A DNA stretch of 64,000 nucleotides, from assembly GCA_965224125.1 (NCBI GenBank), contig OZ245038.1, positions 2,180,374 to 2,244,373 of the forward strand. Reading direction: 5' to 3'. Position numbers and translations under genes: made by a program. This DNA is from Longimicrobiales bacterium. GTDB taxonomy: Bacteria > Gemmatimonadota > Gemmatimonadetes > Longimicrobiales > Gaopeijiaceae. Below are positions 1 to 9,446 of this stretch, piece by piece (the first letter of the stretch is position 1; each line of letters opens with the position of its first letter). Below the pieces are notes generated by a model. That model was given only the letters and a program-made list of their open reading frames with translations. It was not told the origin of the DNA and did not search any database.

Positions 1-1452
1 GGCGCTCTGCTTCTCGATCGCTCCACCACCGTCCGGCTCACGGCGTAGTGCACCTGCGGCGAGGTCCGGCCTCAGGTCCTGACCGATGAAGTGGGACAAA
101 GTGCCCCCCAGCGCCTGCTCCAATGCCGCCACGCGCTGCTCGAGGTCACTGCGACGTCCCGGAGGCTGGCCGGGCTGCCGGGGTCCGCCGGGGAACCCGG
201 GAATCTCGGCGAACTTGTCTTCAACAATGCCCTTGGGGTCGTTCTCGAAGATCTCTTTGGGGCCGTTCTCGAAGATCTCCTTGGGCTCCTTCCACTCCTT
301 GCGGAACTCCTTGATGTGGTCCTTGAAGTCCTTGAAGCGAGACTTCTCAGCGTGCTCCTTCAGCTCCACCTTGCTCTCGAACTTCTCGAGCTTCTCAAGC
401 TTCTCGAACTTTTCGAGCTTCTCCTTGGGCTTCGGCACACAGAGTCGCACGTTGAGTGCGGTCAGCACCGCGTCGATCGGGTTGGCGATGCCGATGACAC
501 CCTCCGGCATACCCGGGCTCGCGTTGTTGCCCGCGAAGTAGAGTCCGACCACCTCCCGACTTCCGTTGACCACCGCGGATCCCGAGTCGCCGCTAATCCC
601 GAAGACCCCGTTGGGCGACGGGTTGCCACGAATCAGGATCTGGTCCTGAAAGGTGATGTCTCCGATCCCGTCGCCGAACGGCACGACGACCGTCGCGTGG
701 ATCGACTCTACCGTTCCGTCGGACAGTTCCGTAGTGCGGCCCCGTTTGCGCACCTGCATGCCAACGGTGGCATTGGCACTGCCGGCCACGTCACCGATGT
801 CCAGGATGGAACAGTCGTTGGGTCGCCCCTGAATGCGGACGGCCGCACAGTCGACCCCGGGGCCACCCCCCGGCGTGGTGCCAGCCACCACCGCCCGGGC
901 CAGTGCGCCAGCCACATCTGCTGGGCACATGCCTCCGTCCGGTCGGCCGGGTTGAGCGATCGCATCTCCCGCAGTCCAACCCGTGTCCAGGGCGGCCACG
1001 TGGAAGTTTGTGAGCATCATACGATCGTTGGTCGCGAGATCCTCGACCATACAGCCCAGCGTCCCCACGAACACATAGTTGCCGGCGACCGGCACCTCGG
1101 GGGGCTCCAGGTAGAGCGAACGACAAGGCCCGATGCTCATGCCGCCCCTGAGCGTCGCGTAGCGGGTCGCATCGATCTGAGTGCCGAACTCCGCGACGAG
1201 CTGCATTGCCGGCGTGGGACTAAACGTCAGCTCGATGACGTCGGTTGGAAAACCGTCGATCTCTTCTGGAATGCGCTGCTTGGCCGCGACGTTCTTCTTC
1301 TTCTTGGCCACGTACACCCGGATGGCCACCCTTCCGGTGTCCTTTCCTTTCGTAATCTTGTGGCCGATATCCATGCCGGTGACGCCAGCTCTGGAGAGAA
1401 TATCCTCCTCGGCTCGCTTCTTTGCGGCGACGATGTCATGGGATGTAGGCAT
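1..1452 (-). CDS. Trypsin-like (S1/chymotrypsin-fold) serine protease with K/E-rich repeat C-terminal tail. Partial: the C-terminus runs off the window start
   Basis: Minus-strand ORF beginning MPTSHDIVAAKKRAEEDILSRAG. Catalytic-triad motifs in order: LTNFHVA (His), DCAAV (Asp), GDSGSAVV (Ser). C-terminal KEKLEKFEKLEKLEKFESKVELKEH and PKEIFENGPKEIFENDPKG repeats encoded by tandem DNA repeats at 230-430. Not in the ORF table because there is no stop in the window. The long + strand ORF 91..1467 is its antisense shadow. Confidence 0.7.
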   Translation of the reverse strand, partial: MPTSHDIVAAKKRAEEDILSRAGVTGMDIGHKITKGKDTGRVAIRVYVAKKKKNVAAKQRIPEEIDGFPTDVIELTFSPTPAMQLVAEFGTQIDATRYATLRGGMSIGPCRSLYLEPPEVPVAGNYVFVGTLGCMVEDLATNDRMMLTNFHVAALDTGWTAGDAIAQPGRPDGGMCPADVAGALARAVVAGTTPGGGPGVDCAAVRIQGRPNDCSILDIGDVAGSANATVGMQVRKRGRTTELSDGTVESIHATVVVPFGDGIGDITFQDQILIRGNPSPNGVFGISGDSGSAVVNGSREVVGLYFAGNNASPGMPEGVIGIANPIDAVLTALNVRLCVPKPKEKLEKFEKLEKLEKFESKVELKEHAEKSRFKDFKDHIKEFRKEWKEPKEIFENGPKEIFENDPKGIVEDKFAEIPGFPGGPRQPGQPPGRRSDLEQRVAALEQALGGTLSHFIGQDLRPDLAAGALRREPDGGGAIEKQSA

Positions 1453-1620
1453 AGGTCCCCCTGCTGAGATGGATGAGAGGTTTGGGAAGGCCGCTTGGGG
1501 GGGAGAGGTCCGAAGACCGGGGGTGGGCCCTGTACTACCAGTGGCGGAAAAGCGTTGGGTGATGGGTCAAGCCGCCAACAGGGTCCTGTGCCGGTCGGGT
1601 AAGGAGCGGATCTTGCACCT

Positions 1621-2193
1621 GTGCTGCCGGCCATCTTGATGCGTACCGAACCACACGCTTGGGAGCTGATTTTGGAAACGAGTCGACTCAACCCCTGGCG
1701 AGCAACGGGAGCAGCCTTCGTAGTGATTCCCATCATCGTAGCCGCCTGTGGGTCCCAGGCTGAGGTGGCCTCCACCAGCGAGGAGCCCGTGGTTTCCCCG
1801 CCCGCTCAGACGGTCACCGTCTACCTGTCCGACGAGGGTCGGATGAACGAGTCGTGCGATGCGGTGATGGCGGTCGACTGGATGCCCACGGCCGCCGACA
1901 GCGAGGACCTCCCGTCCGCATCCATCCGCAGGGTCGTCCGCGACGTATCGCCCTCGGCGGCTCTCCACCGTCCCGGCACGCTCCCCTTGATCGAGTATTA
2001 CGGCGGTATCCGGGTCGAGGATGGCGTGGCCATCGCAGCCTTCGAAGGCGGTGCGCTGGAATACCTGAACGCGCCTGCCTGTGCCCAAGCCGCGGCCAAG
2101 GCGCCTATCGAGCAGACCCTGCTGGCGCTCCCGGGCGTCACCCGGGTGGAATGGGAGATCGACGGGATGATCTTCACCGAGTGGGGTGCGTAG
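1621..2193 (+). CDS. GerMN-domain (sporulation/germination-like) lipoprotein
   Basis: The pattern TVYLSDEG...CDAVMAV...ALEYLNAPA...ALPGVTRVEWEIDGM matches the GerMN fold. Hydrophobic N-terminus with a Cys lipobox (IIVAACGS). True start uncertain. Confidence 0.5.
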   Translation: MLPAILMRTEPHAWELILETSRLNPWRATGAAFVVIPIIVAACGSQAEVASTSEEPVVSPPAQTVTVYLSDEGRMNESCDAVMAVDWMPTAADSEDLPSASIRRVVRDVSPSAALHRPGTLPLIEYYGGIRVEDGVAIAAFEGGALEYLNAPACAQAAAKAPIEQTLLALPGVTRVEWEIDGMIFTEWGA

Positions 2194-2273
2194 CCGGGAG
2201 GACTCGCGCTGGGGCGGGGGCCCTCACTACCCTTACCCGGGATAGAAGCCAACCGATTCGCCCGGGGGAGCCC

Positions 2274-3401
2274 ATGTCGTCGTCCCGCTGTTGTGTTCTT
2301 TCCGTCTTCGTAGCCGTGCTCTCCTCCGCTTGCACTGCGGCCGGGCCTCCCCCCCCGGGGGACATGCCTGAGGTCAGCGGCAATCCCATCACCGGCGAGG
2401 GCCTCCCCAACCCCGCGCCCACGCTGACCGCGAACTGGGGCACCCTCCCGGAAGGCCGCGAGTGGGGTTCGACCGCGGGGATCGACATCGACCCCACCGA
2501 CGGACACATCTGGGCGTACGAGCGCTGTGGCGCCGGGAGCTTCGGGGACGGTGCTCCTGTGACCTGCGAGACCAACCCGGTCGACCCCATCTTCAAGTTC
2601 GATCGCAACACCGGTGAGGTGCTCGCCAACTTCGGGGCGGGGCACTTCGTGACGCCGCACGGGATCCACGTGGACCAGGACGGCAACGTCTGGGTGACGG
2701 ACTTTGCGGGGAACCGCGAGGGCACCAGGGGACATCAGGTCTTCAAGTTCAGCCCCGCCGGGGAGGTGCTTCTCACCCTTGGTGTCGCGGGCCAGCCTGG
2801 TAGCGGCCCCGGGCAACTCAATCAGCCCAACGATGTCATCACCGGTCCGGACGGCAGCATCTACGTAGCGGACGGACACTCCGGCCAGAACGAGAATCCA
2901 CCAGAGGGTTCGACCGGGCGCATCATCAAGTACTCGGCCGACGGCACCTATATCAAGGAGTGGGGACAGATCGGCGTCCGGCATGGAGAGTTCCGCACGC
3001 CCCACGCGCTGGCCTTCGACTCGCGAGGGCGGCTGTTTGTGGCCGACCGTGGGAACCACCGCATCGAGATCTTCGACCAGGAGGGCAACTACCTGGAGTC
3101 GCGCTACCTCTACGGGCGGATCAGTGGTCTGTTTATCACGGGCGACGACATGCTCTACGCCATCGACTCCGAGTCCAGTCCCACCAACCATCCCAACTGG
3201 CGGAATGGCGTGCGGATCGGGCACGTCGACGAGGATCGCATCGTAGGGTTCATCCCGCCGTTCGAGCGCGAGAGCCGGCTCTATCAGGGGACTGCCGGTG
3301 AGGGCGTGGCCGTGGATGCCGACGGCAACGTCTATGCGGCCGAGGGTCCCAACTCGCTGGAGTGGGCGGGAGGCGCGTTTACGAAGTACGGCGTGAACTA
3401 G
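2274..3401 (+). CDS. NHL-repeat six-bladed beta-propeller lipoprotein (peptidyl-alpha-hydroxyglycine alpha-amidating lyase-like)
   Basis: Repeated motifs PHGIHVDQDGNVWVTD, PNDVITGPDGSIYVADGHSG, PHALAFDSRGRLFVADRGNHRIEIFD. Lipoprotein signal MSSSRCCVLSVFVAVLSSACTAAG. Start corrected to the internal ATG at 2274 within ORF 1854..3401. Confidence 0.7.
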   Translation: MSSSRCCVLSVFVAVLSSACTAAGPPPPGDMPEVSGNPITGEGLPNPAPTLTANWGTLPEGREWGSTAGIDIDPTDGHIWAYERCGAGSFGDGAPVTCETNPVDPIFKFDRNTGEVLANFGAGHFVTPHGIHVDQDGNVWVTDFAGNREGTRGHQVFKFSPAGEVLLTLGVAGQPGSGPGQLNQPNDVITGPDGSIYVADGHSGQNENPPEGSTGRIIKYSADGTYIKEWGQIGVRHGEFRTPHALAFDSRGRLFVADRGNHRIEIFDQEGNYLESRYLYGRISGLFITGDDMLYAIDSESSPTNHPNWRNGVRIGHVDEDRIVGFIPPFERESRLYQGTAGEGVAVDADGNVYAAEGPNSLEWAGGAFTKYGVN

Positions 3402-3406
3402 GTGAA

Positions 3407-4384
3407 CTAGCCGCCTGGTACGTCCCGCGCTCTTAGCAGCAAGGAAAAGGCGCCAGCCTCGAAACGCACCATCTCACCCTCGCCCCGGGTGCCCTGCAGC
3501 GTGCCGTCCTGGACCGCGGCGAACGCGTCCCGTAGTTCGATCAGGCGTACCGGGTCGGCGACCGGCGTGTTGTGCGCTGGGAAAACCCGTTCGAGGTCGG
3601 GCGCCAGGGCAGCCAGTCGCTCCACGGATGCCGCGTAGGCTGCGATGTCGGTCTCGGGAGCGAACAGCCAGATGGGTCCTTCGTAGAAAGAGTCACCCGT
3701 CCACAGGTACCCGGACTCGGGCTCGTGGAGTGCAATCGCGTCGGGTGTGTGTCCCGGGATGTGCAGGATCACGAGGTCCCGGTCACCGAGGTGCAGCTCG
3801 TGCCCGTCCCGAGCGACTTCTGTGATGGTCCACGGACGGGTGACGTAGCTGTCCTGGGTGACGCCAGAGGGAAGCGGGCGGCAGAGCGCCTCGGGCGAGA
3901 CCTCCTCACGCACCCGCTCATTCGTGAGCCCCGTCGAACGGGTCCGTGTGTAGTCCGTATCCATGGCCACGATCGACTCGAACTCGGCGTTCCCCCCGAT
4001 GTGGTCGAGATGGGTGTGAGAGTTCAGCACCGTGACCGGAAGACCGGTGAGCTGGCGCACGATGTCTGAGATCGAGGTGATGCCCATGCCAGTGTCGAAG
4101 AGCAGCGCTCGCTCGGTGCCCAGGATCAGATAGGAGATGATCTCTTGCCACTGATGTGGTTCATAGATCGCCATCACGCCGTCGCCTACGTTCCACACCT
4201 CGAACCAATCGGATTCCACAGGGACCCGCTCCAACGATGCATAGCCGGGGCGGGGGAGCGCGTCGCACCATTCGGGTGCGATGGCGTCTCCCGAGGTCTC
4301 TCCCACCTGGGCGGATGGCTCGGGTGCCTCGCCTGCACAGGCGGCAAACAGGATCGCGGCGGTGAGCGGTCTAAGTGTCTTCAT
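3407..4384 (-). CDS. MBL-fold metallo-hydrolase (metallo-beta-lactamase superfamily) lipoprotein
   Basis: Motif-2 HxHxDH present as SHTHLDHIGG, plus later His/Asp ligands (HIPGHTPD). Signal peptide with lipobox LFAACAG. Confidence 0.8.
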   Translation of the reverse strand: MKTLRPLTAAILFAACAGEAPEPSAQVGETSGDAIAPEWCDALPRPGYASLERVPVESDWFEVWNVGDGVMAIYEPHQWQEIISYLILGTERALLFDTGMGITSISDIVRQLTGLPVTVLNSHTHLDHIGGNAEFESIVAMDTDYTRTRSTGLTNERVREEVSPEALCRPLPSGVTQDSYVTRPWTITEVARDGHELHLGDRDLVILHIPGHTPDAIALHEPESGYLWTGDSFYEGPIWLFAPETDIAAYAASVERLAALAPDLERVFPAHNTPVADPVRLIELRDAFAAVQDGTLQGTRGEGEMVRFEAGAFSLLLRARDVPGG

Positions 4385-4563
4385 GGCGGTGGCGAAGCTA
4401 ACGCTGTCCCATGGGAACGACGACCCCTTTGGTCCCTACTTGAGGGTGCTCAAGCTTTGATGCTCCTGGCGAGACTGAGTGGCTCCCTAACGGAACCGAT
4501 CCAGGATCTGTCTATTCCGCACGAGACCTGCGAGCCCTTGCACCCGATCGGCCTGGAGCGTGT

Positions 4564-5355
4564 ATGACGGGCATGACCCGTATCCTATTGGCTGTTCCGT
4601 TCCTGCTCCTTCCCGGCACGCTTGCGGCCCAGGAAGGCACCATCGCATACACGCACTCGGTCAAGCTGGAGATCTCAGAGGAGGTCCGCGCCCGCTTCGA
4701 GGGACGCCTGGGCGGCCGTGCGGGGCGGGGCGAGCTGCCCACCGAACGTGTGTCCGACGTGGTGCTCTTCTTCAACGCAAACGAACGGCTCATGAAGCCG
4801 GTGCCCCGAGCGGAGCGGGCCGGCCGTGAAGGCCCTCCCGGCGCCCGGGGCCAGAGGCGAGGTGGCTTCTCCGAGCGGGTGCTTAGAAGCTCGGCGACCC
4901 GAGGAGCCAGGGAGAGGTTGGTGGCCTCGTACGTCCATCAGGGCGATGCCGTCGTCGTGGAATCCCGTGAGTTCCTGGGACGCACTTTCCTGATCGAGGC
5001 CGAGCAGCCGTCGTTCGAGTGGAAGCTGTCGGGGGAGCAGGCCGAGTTTCTCGACTACGTGGTCTACGAGGCCAAGACGGAACACGACGGCGACGCAATC
5101 CAAGCCTGGTTCACGCCAGAGATCCCTATTCAGGGAGGGCCCGGCCCGTACGGTGGCCTCCCGGGCATGATCCTAGTGATTTCGGTCAATGACGGTGAGA
5201 CGCAGTACAACGCCACGGCGGTGTCGCTCACCGACATTGCCGACGATGTCATCGTGCGGCCGACAGAGGGTGACGTCCTGACCCGGGAGGAGTACGAAAC
5301 CATTGTAGCGGAGAAGCTCGAAGAGATCCGTCGAACCCGTGGAGGACTCCAATGA
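4564..5355 (+). CDS. GLPGLI family protein
   Basis: Signal peptide. The diagnostic motif is present as GGLPGMILVI near the C-terminus. Stop overlaps the start of the downstream barrel gene (ATGA). Confidence 0.65.
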   Translation: MTGMTRILLAVPFLLLPGTLAAQEGTIAYTHSVKLEISEEVRARFEGRLGGRAGRGELPTERVSDVVLFFNANERLMKPVPRAERAGREGPPGARGQRRGGFSERVLRSSATRGARERLVASYVHQGDAVVVESREFLGRTFLIEAEQPSFEWKLSGEQAEFLDYVVYEAKTEHDGDAIQAWFTPEIPIQGGPGPYGGLPGMILVISVNDGETQYNATAVSLTDIADDVIVRPTEGDVLTREEYETIVAEKLEEIRRTRGGLQ

Positions 5356-8174
5356 GGGCGTGGCGCGCCGCTCGGGCCATCGCCTCTTGCCTGCTAGCGG
5401 GCAGCCTATCGGCCAACGCCCTGCACGCTCAGGAAGGTCGGGACGTCCGCGGTGTCGTGGCTGACTCGGCCGGCGCAGGTGTGAACGGCGCCATGGTGGT
5501 GGTGCTTGCGCTCCCAGATTCGGTGCTGACCAAGTTCTCGCTGAGCAACAACGACGGTGCTTTTGTACTGAGTGGCGTCCCCGCGGGCGAGTACCTCCTG
5601 CAGGTCACGATGGTGGGACATCGAACCGTTCGGGAGGCCATTACGGTGGGCGGACGCGAGGTGGACGCTGGCACGATTCAGCTCCAGGTTGCGGCCATAG
5701 AGATGGACGAACTGGTGGTGAGCGCGGAACACGTCCCGTTCATCAGCCGACGTGACACGATGCAGTACAACGCGGCCGCCTTCGAGACCCGCCCCAACGC
5801 CACCGTCGAAGAGCTACTCGGCCGACTCCCGGGCATCGAGGTCGATGCCGATGGCACCATCCGGGCGCAGGGCGAAGAAGTGACCAACGTGTTGGTCGAC
5901 GGGAAAGAGTTCTTCGGGAGCGATCCGAGCATCGCCACCAAGAACCTCCCTGCCGACGCCGTCGAAAGCGTCCAAGTGTTCGACAAGGAGTCGGACATGG
6001 CGGAGTTCACCGGGATCGCCGATGGCGAGGAGGAGCGAACCATCAACTTGGAGCTCCGTGAGGACGCTCGACAGGGTTACTTCGGCCAGGTTGCTGGAGG
6101 TCTGGGTGGCGGAATGTCCCCCACTTCGGTCATTGAAGCACAGCCGGTCGGGCGCACCCGCTATGCCGAATCGTTGAACATCAACCGGTTCTCATCGAAC
6201 ACCCAGCTCGCTCTCTTGAGTGGGGCGAACAACGTCAATCAGCCAGGGTTCGGTTGGGGGGACTTCGTGAACTTCGCCGGCAACGCCCGTGGATTGGGGG
6301 GTGGGGGCGGAGGCCGAGGAGGCATTCAACTCGGGGGCGGTCGCAACGACGGCTTCACCCAGTCCTTGGCCATTGGCCTAAACGCGAACCATGACTTCTC
6401 CGAAGAGCGATGGATTCGCACCAGCTACTTCTACACGGGATTGAAAAACGATCAGCTGCAGAATACGCAACAACAGCAGCTCTTGGGGTCATCCGTGTCA
6501 GCTCTACAGACCGCCACCGCCGATCAGGTCACGGACAACAGTACCCACCGGTTGAACGTGAACGCCCAGTACGAGTTCTCGGAAGGGCACGAGCTGCGGT
6601 TGCGCGGAAACGTGAGCGCGGGTTCGTCCGAGATGACCAACCTATCCACCAACGAGACGGCCACGCTTCAGGGCCAGATCCAGAACAGTGGGTCCAGTAA
6701 CAACGTCGTTGACGGATCTGATCTGGGCGGCTCGGCCCGCCTTAGCTGGCGCAAGCGCATCGGTGACGGCGGTCGGTCCCTGGTCGCGGAATTGACGTCG
6801 AACATCTCGGAGCCGGAGCTCTTCAGCACCCTCGAGACGACGACCGGCATCGCCGATCGGGACGGGAACCTGGTGTACCAGGACATCCTGCAGGAGCAGA
6901 CGCGCACCGGGCGCACGCTTTCGCTGTCGCAGCGCCTGTCCCTCTCCCAGCCGGTGGGGGAATCCGCCATGCTCGAGCTGTTCGGAGAGCGGCGCGCCGT
7001 CGATGAGGACCAGGACAACGCGGTGTTCGACCTGGGGAGTGGCGTCCCCGTGGTCAACGATATGCTGACTTCTGGGTTCGAGCGGACCTACAGCTATCTG
7101 CGCAGCGGCTTCCGTCTGAACCAGAACGACGAGAAGAAGCGGATCGTCATCGGCCTGCAGGTACAGGGTTCCAACCTTGAGGGGACGATCCTGGATCGGG
7201 ACGAGCACATCGAGAACGGGTACACCCACCTGCTGCCGTCCGCAGACTTCAGGCTTCAGATCAGCGACTCGAAGACGTTCAACTTCCGCTATCGGACGTC
7301 GACGCGTGAGCCGTCGATGACCCAGTTGCAGCCGTTCGCTGACAACACGAATCCCATTCGGACCTACATCGGCAATCCGAACCTGACACCGGAGTACCGA
7401 CACAGTTTCAATGCCGACTACCGCTTCTTCGATCAGTTTTCGTTCGTGAACCTCTTCACGTTCTTTCGGTTCACCTATACCAAGGACGACATCGTTCAGT
7501 CGCGTGCAATCGATGGACGGGCACTACAGACCGTCATGCCGGTCAACCTCGACCACAGTTGGTCGGCCAGTGGGGGAACCACCTACGGCCGTCCCGTCCG
7601 ACCCATCGGGGCCAAGATCAATCTGAGCTACAACGTGAACTACACCCGCGGAGTCGAACTCCTCAACGACGAGGAGAACAAGAGCCGCGTGTGGGCGCAC
7701 GCCATCGACGCCAGCATCGACAATCGTGACAAGGAAGTCTTCGACGTGCGCGCCGGGGCACGGTTCGGGTTCAACAACGTGTCCTACTCGCTCAATAGCG
7801 AGCTGAACCAAGGGTACCTGAACCGGACGTTCTACGGGAACGGAATGCTCCACTACGGAGATGGCTGGACGCTTCAGTCGGCGCTCAACTATCGCTTGTA
7901 CGACGAAGCGGTGTTCGGCGCTGGGGATCGGAACGTCGCCCTGTTGAACGCCTCGATCTCCAAGACCGCCATGGCGGACCGGGTCGCCATCGAGCTGGCC
8001 GGCGTCGACCTCCTGGACCAAAACAAGGGAGTGAGCTACAGCAGCGGCCCCAGCTTCATCCAGGAACAGCGCACGGTGTCGCTCGGCAGGTACCTCATGC
8101 TGAAGGCGACCTATCGGCTGGGCTCGTTTGGTCGGGGAGGGTCTCCGGGACTCCGAGGAGGCCGTCGGAGGTAG
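5352..8174 (+). CDS. Outer-membrane beta-barrel protein with carboxypeptidase-regulatory-like domain and TonB-dependent-receptor plug-like region (OMP_b-brl_3 type)
   Basis: Signal peptide. N-terminal CarboxypepD_reg-like segment (VRGVVADSAGAGVNGAMVVV...GEYLLQVTMVGH). Plug-like region (NVLVDGKEFFGSDP). Gly-rich loop. Long beta-strand-rich C-terminus ending in an aromatic-rich segment. Translationally coupled to the GLPGLI gene. Confidence 0.7.
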   Translation: MRAWRAARAIASCLLAGSLSANALHAQEGRDVRGVVADSAGAGVNGAMVVVLALPDSVLTKFSLSNNDGAFVLSGVPAGEYLLQVTMVGHRTVREAITVGGREVDAGTIQLQVAAIEMDELVVSAEHVPFISRRDTMQYNAAAFETRPNATVEELLGRLPGIEVDADGTIRAQGEEVTNVLVDGKEFFGSDPSIATKNLPADAVESVQVFDKESDMAEFTGIADGEEERTINLELREDARQGYFGQVAGGLGGGMSPTSVIEAQPVGRTRYAESLNINRFSSNTQLALLSGANNVNQPGFGWGDFVNFAGNARGLGGGGGGRGGIQLGGGRNDGFTQSLAIGLNANHDFSEERWIRTSYFYTGLKNDQLQNTQQQQLLGSSVSALQTATADQVTDNSTHRLNVNAQYEFSEGHELRLRGNVSAGSSEMTNLSTNETATLQGQIQNSGSSNNVVDGSDLGGSARLSWRKRIGDGGRSLVAELTSNISEPELFSTLETTTGIADRDGNLVYQDILQEQTRTGRTLSLSQRLSLSQPVGESAMLELFGERRAVDEDQDNAVFDLGSGVPVVNDMLTSGFERTYSYLRSGFRLNQNDEKKRIVIGLQVQGSNLEGTILDRDEHIENGYTHLLPSADFRLQISDSKTFNFRYRTSTREPSMTQLQPFADNTNPIRTYIGNPNLTPEYRHSFNADYRFFDQFSFVNLFTFFRFTYTKDDIVQSRAIDGRALQTVMPVNLDHSWSASGGTTYGRPVRPIGAKINLSYNVNYTRGVELLNDEENKSRVWAHAIDASIDNRDKEVFDVRAGARFGFNNVSYSLNSELNQGYLNRTFYGNGMLHYGDGWTLQSALNYRLYDEAVFGAGDRNVALLNASISKTAMADRVAIELAGVDLLDQNKGVSYSSGPSFIQEQRTVSLGRYLMLKATYRLGSFGRGGSPGLRGGRRR

Positions 8175-8234
8175 GTCCGCGGGGCTGCGATCGCCTGTTG
8201 CAGCGATCACACAGTCCGGGATCTGAGCGATGGC

Positions 8235-9446
8235 ATGGCTCATGCCCGCTCTCGTAGAGTCGCTTTCTCTCCACCACGCCGATCAACGGGAGCTACGGTG
8301 CGTACCCAGCAGAGAATCTGGTCCGCAGGGTCTGGATGGCAGGACCTTGGGGGCCTCGACCCCGAGCCCATCACGCCCGACCTCATCCTAGTGTTTGGGA
8401 GTCGGGAAGTCCTGCAGGAGCGCCCTCACCTCCTGGAGACCATACAAAGTGAGCACCCCCGTGCGGCCATGGTCGGTTGTTCCACCGCAGGGCAGATCCT
8501 GGGGACCAGTGTTACGGACGACACACTCATCGTGACCGGCATCGAGCTGTCGAATACCCGTGTCGAGGTAGGTGCAGTCACTGCCGCCGAGGGAGAGTCG
8601 CTCGGAGAGCACTGCGGGAACGTGCTGGCTTCGCAGTTGCCCCATGAGGGCCTGAGGCACGTCCTTCTCCTGTCGGACGGTCTCAACGTGAACGGCTCGG
8701 ACCTCGTCCATGGTCTCGTGAGCGGACTTCCTGATGGCGTGACCATTACAGGGGGATTGGCTGGAGACGGCGACTCGTTCGCTGAGACGTCTGTCCTGCT
8801 GGGAATGTCGCTTTCGGACCGGAGAGCGGTCGCCGTGGGCTTCTACGGTGGCATGCTTCGCGTGGGGCACGGATGCCTTGGTGGCTGGGATCCCTTTGGT
8901 CCTGAGAGGGCCGTGACGCGCTCCAACGGAAACGTGCTGTTTGAGCTCGATGGGCGTTCCGCACTGGAACTGTACAAGAGCTACCTCGGGGACTACGCCA
9001 AGGACCTCCCGTCCAGCGCCCTACTCTTTCCGCTCAGCGTTCAGTTGCCCAACGGCGAAGGATCCGTGGTGAGAACCGTCCTTTCCGTCGATCACGATGA
9101 GCAGTCTATGACGTTCGCGGGGGACATTCCGCAAGGCGCGCGTGCGCGCTTCATGATGGCCAACTTCGACCGCCTGATCGACGGAGCCCAAGGGGCCGCG
9201 GACCAGAGTGCCGCACTCATGGACGGAGACGCGGAACTCGCTATCCTGATCAGTTGCGTGGGACGCAAGCTGGTGCTGGACCAGCGGGTCGAAGAGGAAG
9301 TCGAGGGCGTCCGAGACGCGCTTGGCGACCGTCCCGCCCTCTGTGGTTTCTACTCGTATGGAGAGGTGTCGCCGCTCGTACCCGAACAAAGCTGTGAGCT
9401 GCACAACCAAACGATGACCATTACGACGTTCGCCGAAGTCGAATAA
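8235..9446 (+). CDS. FIST-domain signal transduction protein (FIST_N + FIST_C)
   Basis: Typical FIST architecture (PDLILVFGS..., ...AILISCVGRK..., CGFYSYGEVSP). Immediately followed by, and coupled to, the GGDEF-EAL gene (TAA then ATG). Confidence 0.7.
   Translation: MAHARSRRVAFSPPRRSTGATVRTQQRIWSAGSGWQDLGGLDPEPITPDLILVFGSREVLQERPHLLETIQSEHPRAAMVGCSTAGQILGTSVTDDTLIVTGIELSNTRVEVGAVTAAEGESLGEHCGNVLASQLPHEGLRHVLLLSDGLNVNGSDLVHGLVSGLPDGVTITGGLAGDGDSFAETSVLLGMSLSDRRAVAVGFYGGMLRVGHGCLGGWDPFGPERAVTRSNGNVLFELDGRSALELYKSYLGDYAKDLPSSALLFPLSVQLPNGEGSVVRTVLSVDHDEQSMTFAGDIPQGARARFMMANFDRLIDGAQGAADQSAALMDGDAELAILISCVGRKLVLDQRVEEEVEGVRDALGDRPALCGFYSYGEVSPLVPEQSCELHNQTMTITTFAEVE

Noticed and set aside
91-1467. 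458-aa + strand ORF (also 86..541, 123..314)
   Set aside because: Its translation is Arg/Gly/His-rich nonsense. It is the antisense shadow of the minus-strand trypsin-like protease, whose motifs read cleanly.
1854-2273. N-terminal 140-aa extension of the NHL-propeller ORF, and the 1567..2088 / 1998..3224 minus ORFs
   Set aside because: Arg/Gly-rich high-GC frame artefacts. The extension overlaps the GerMN gene in another frame, and a proper signal peptide starts at the internal ATG 2274.
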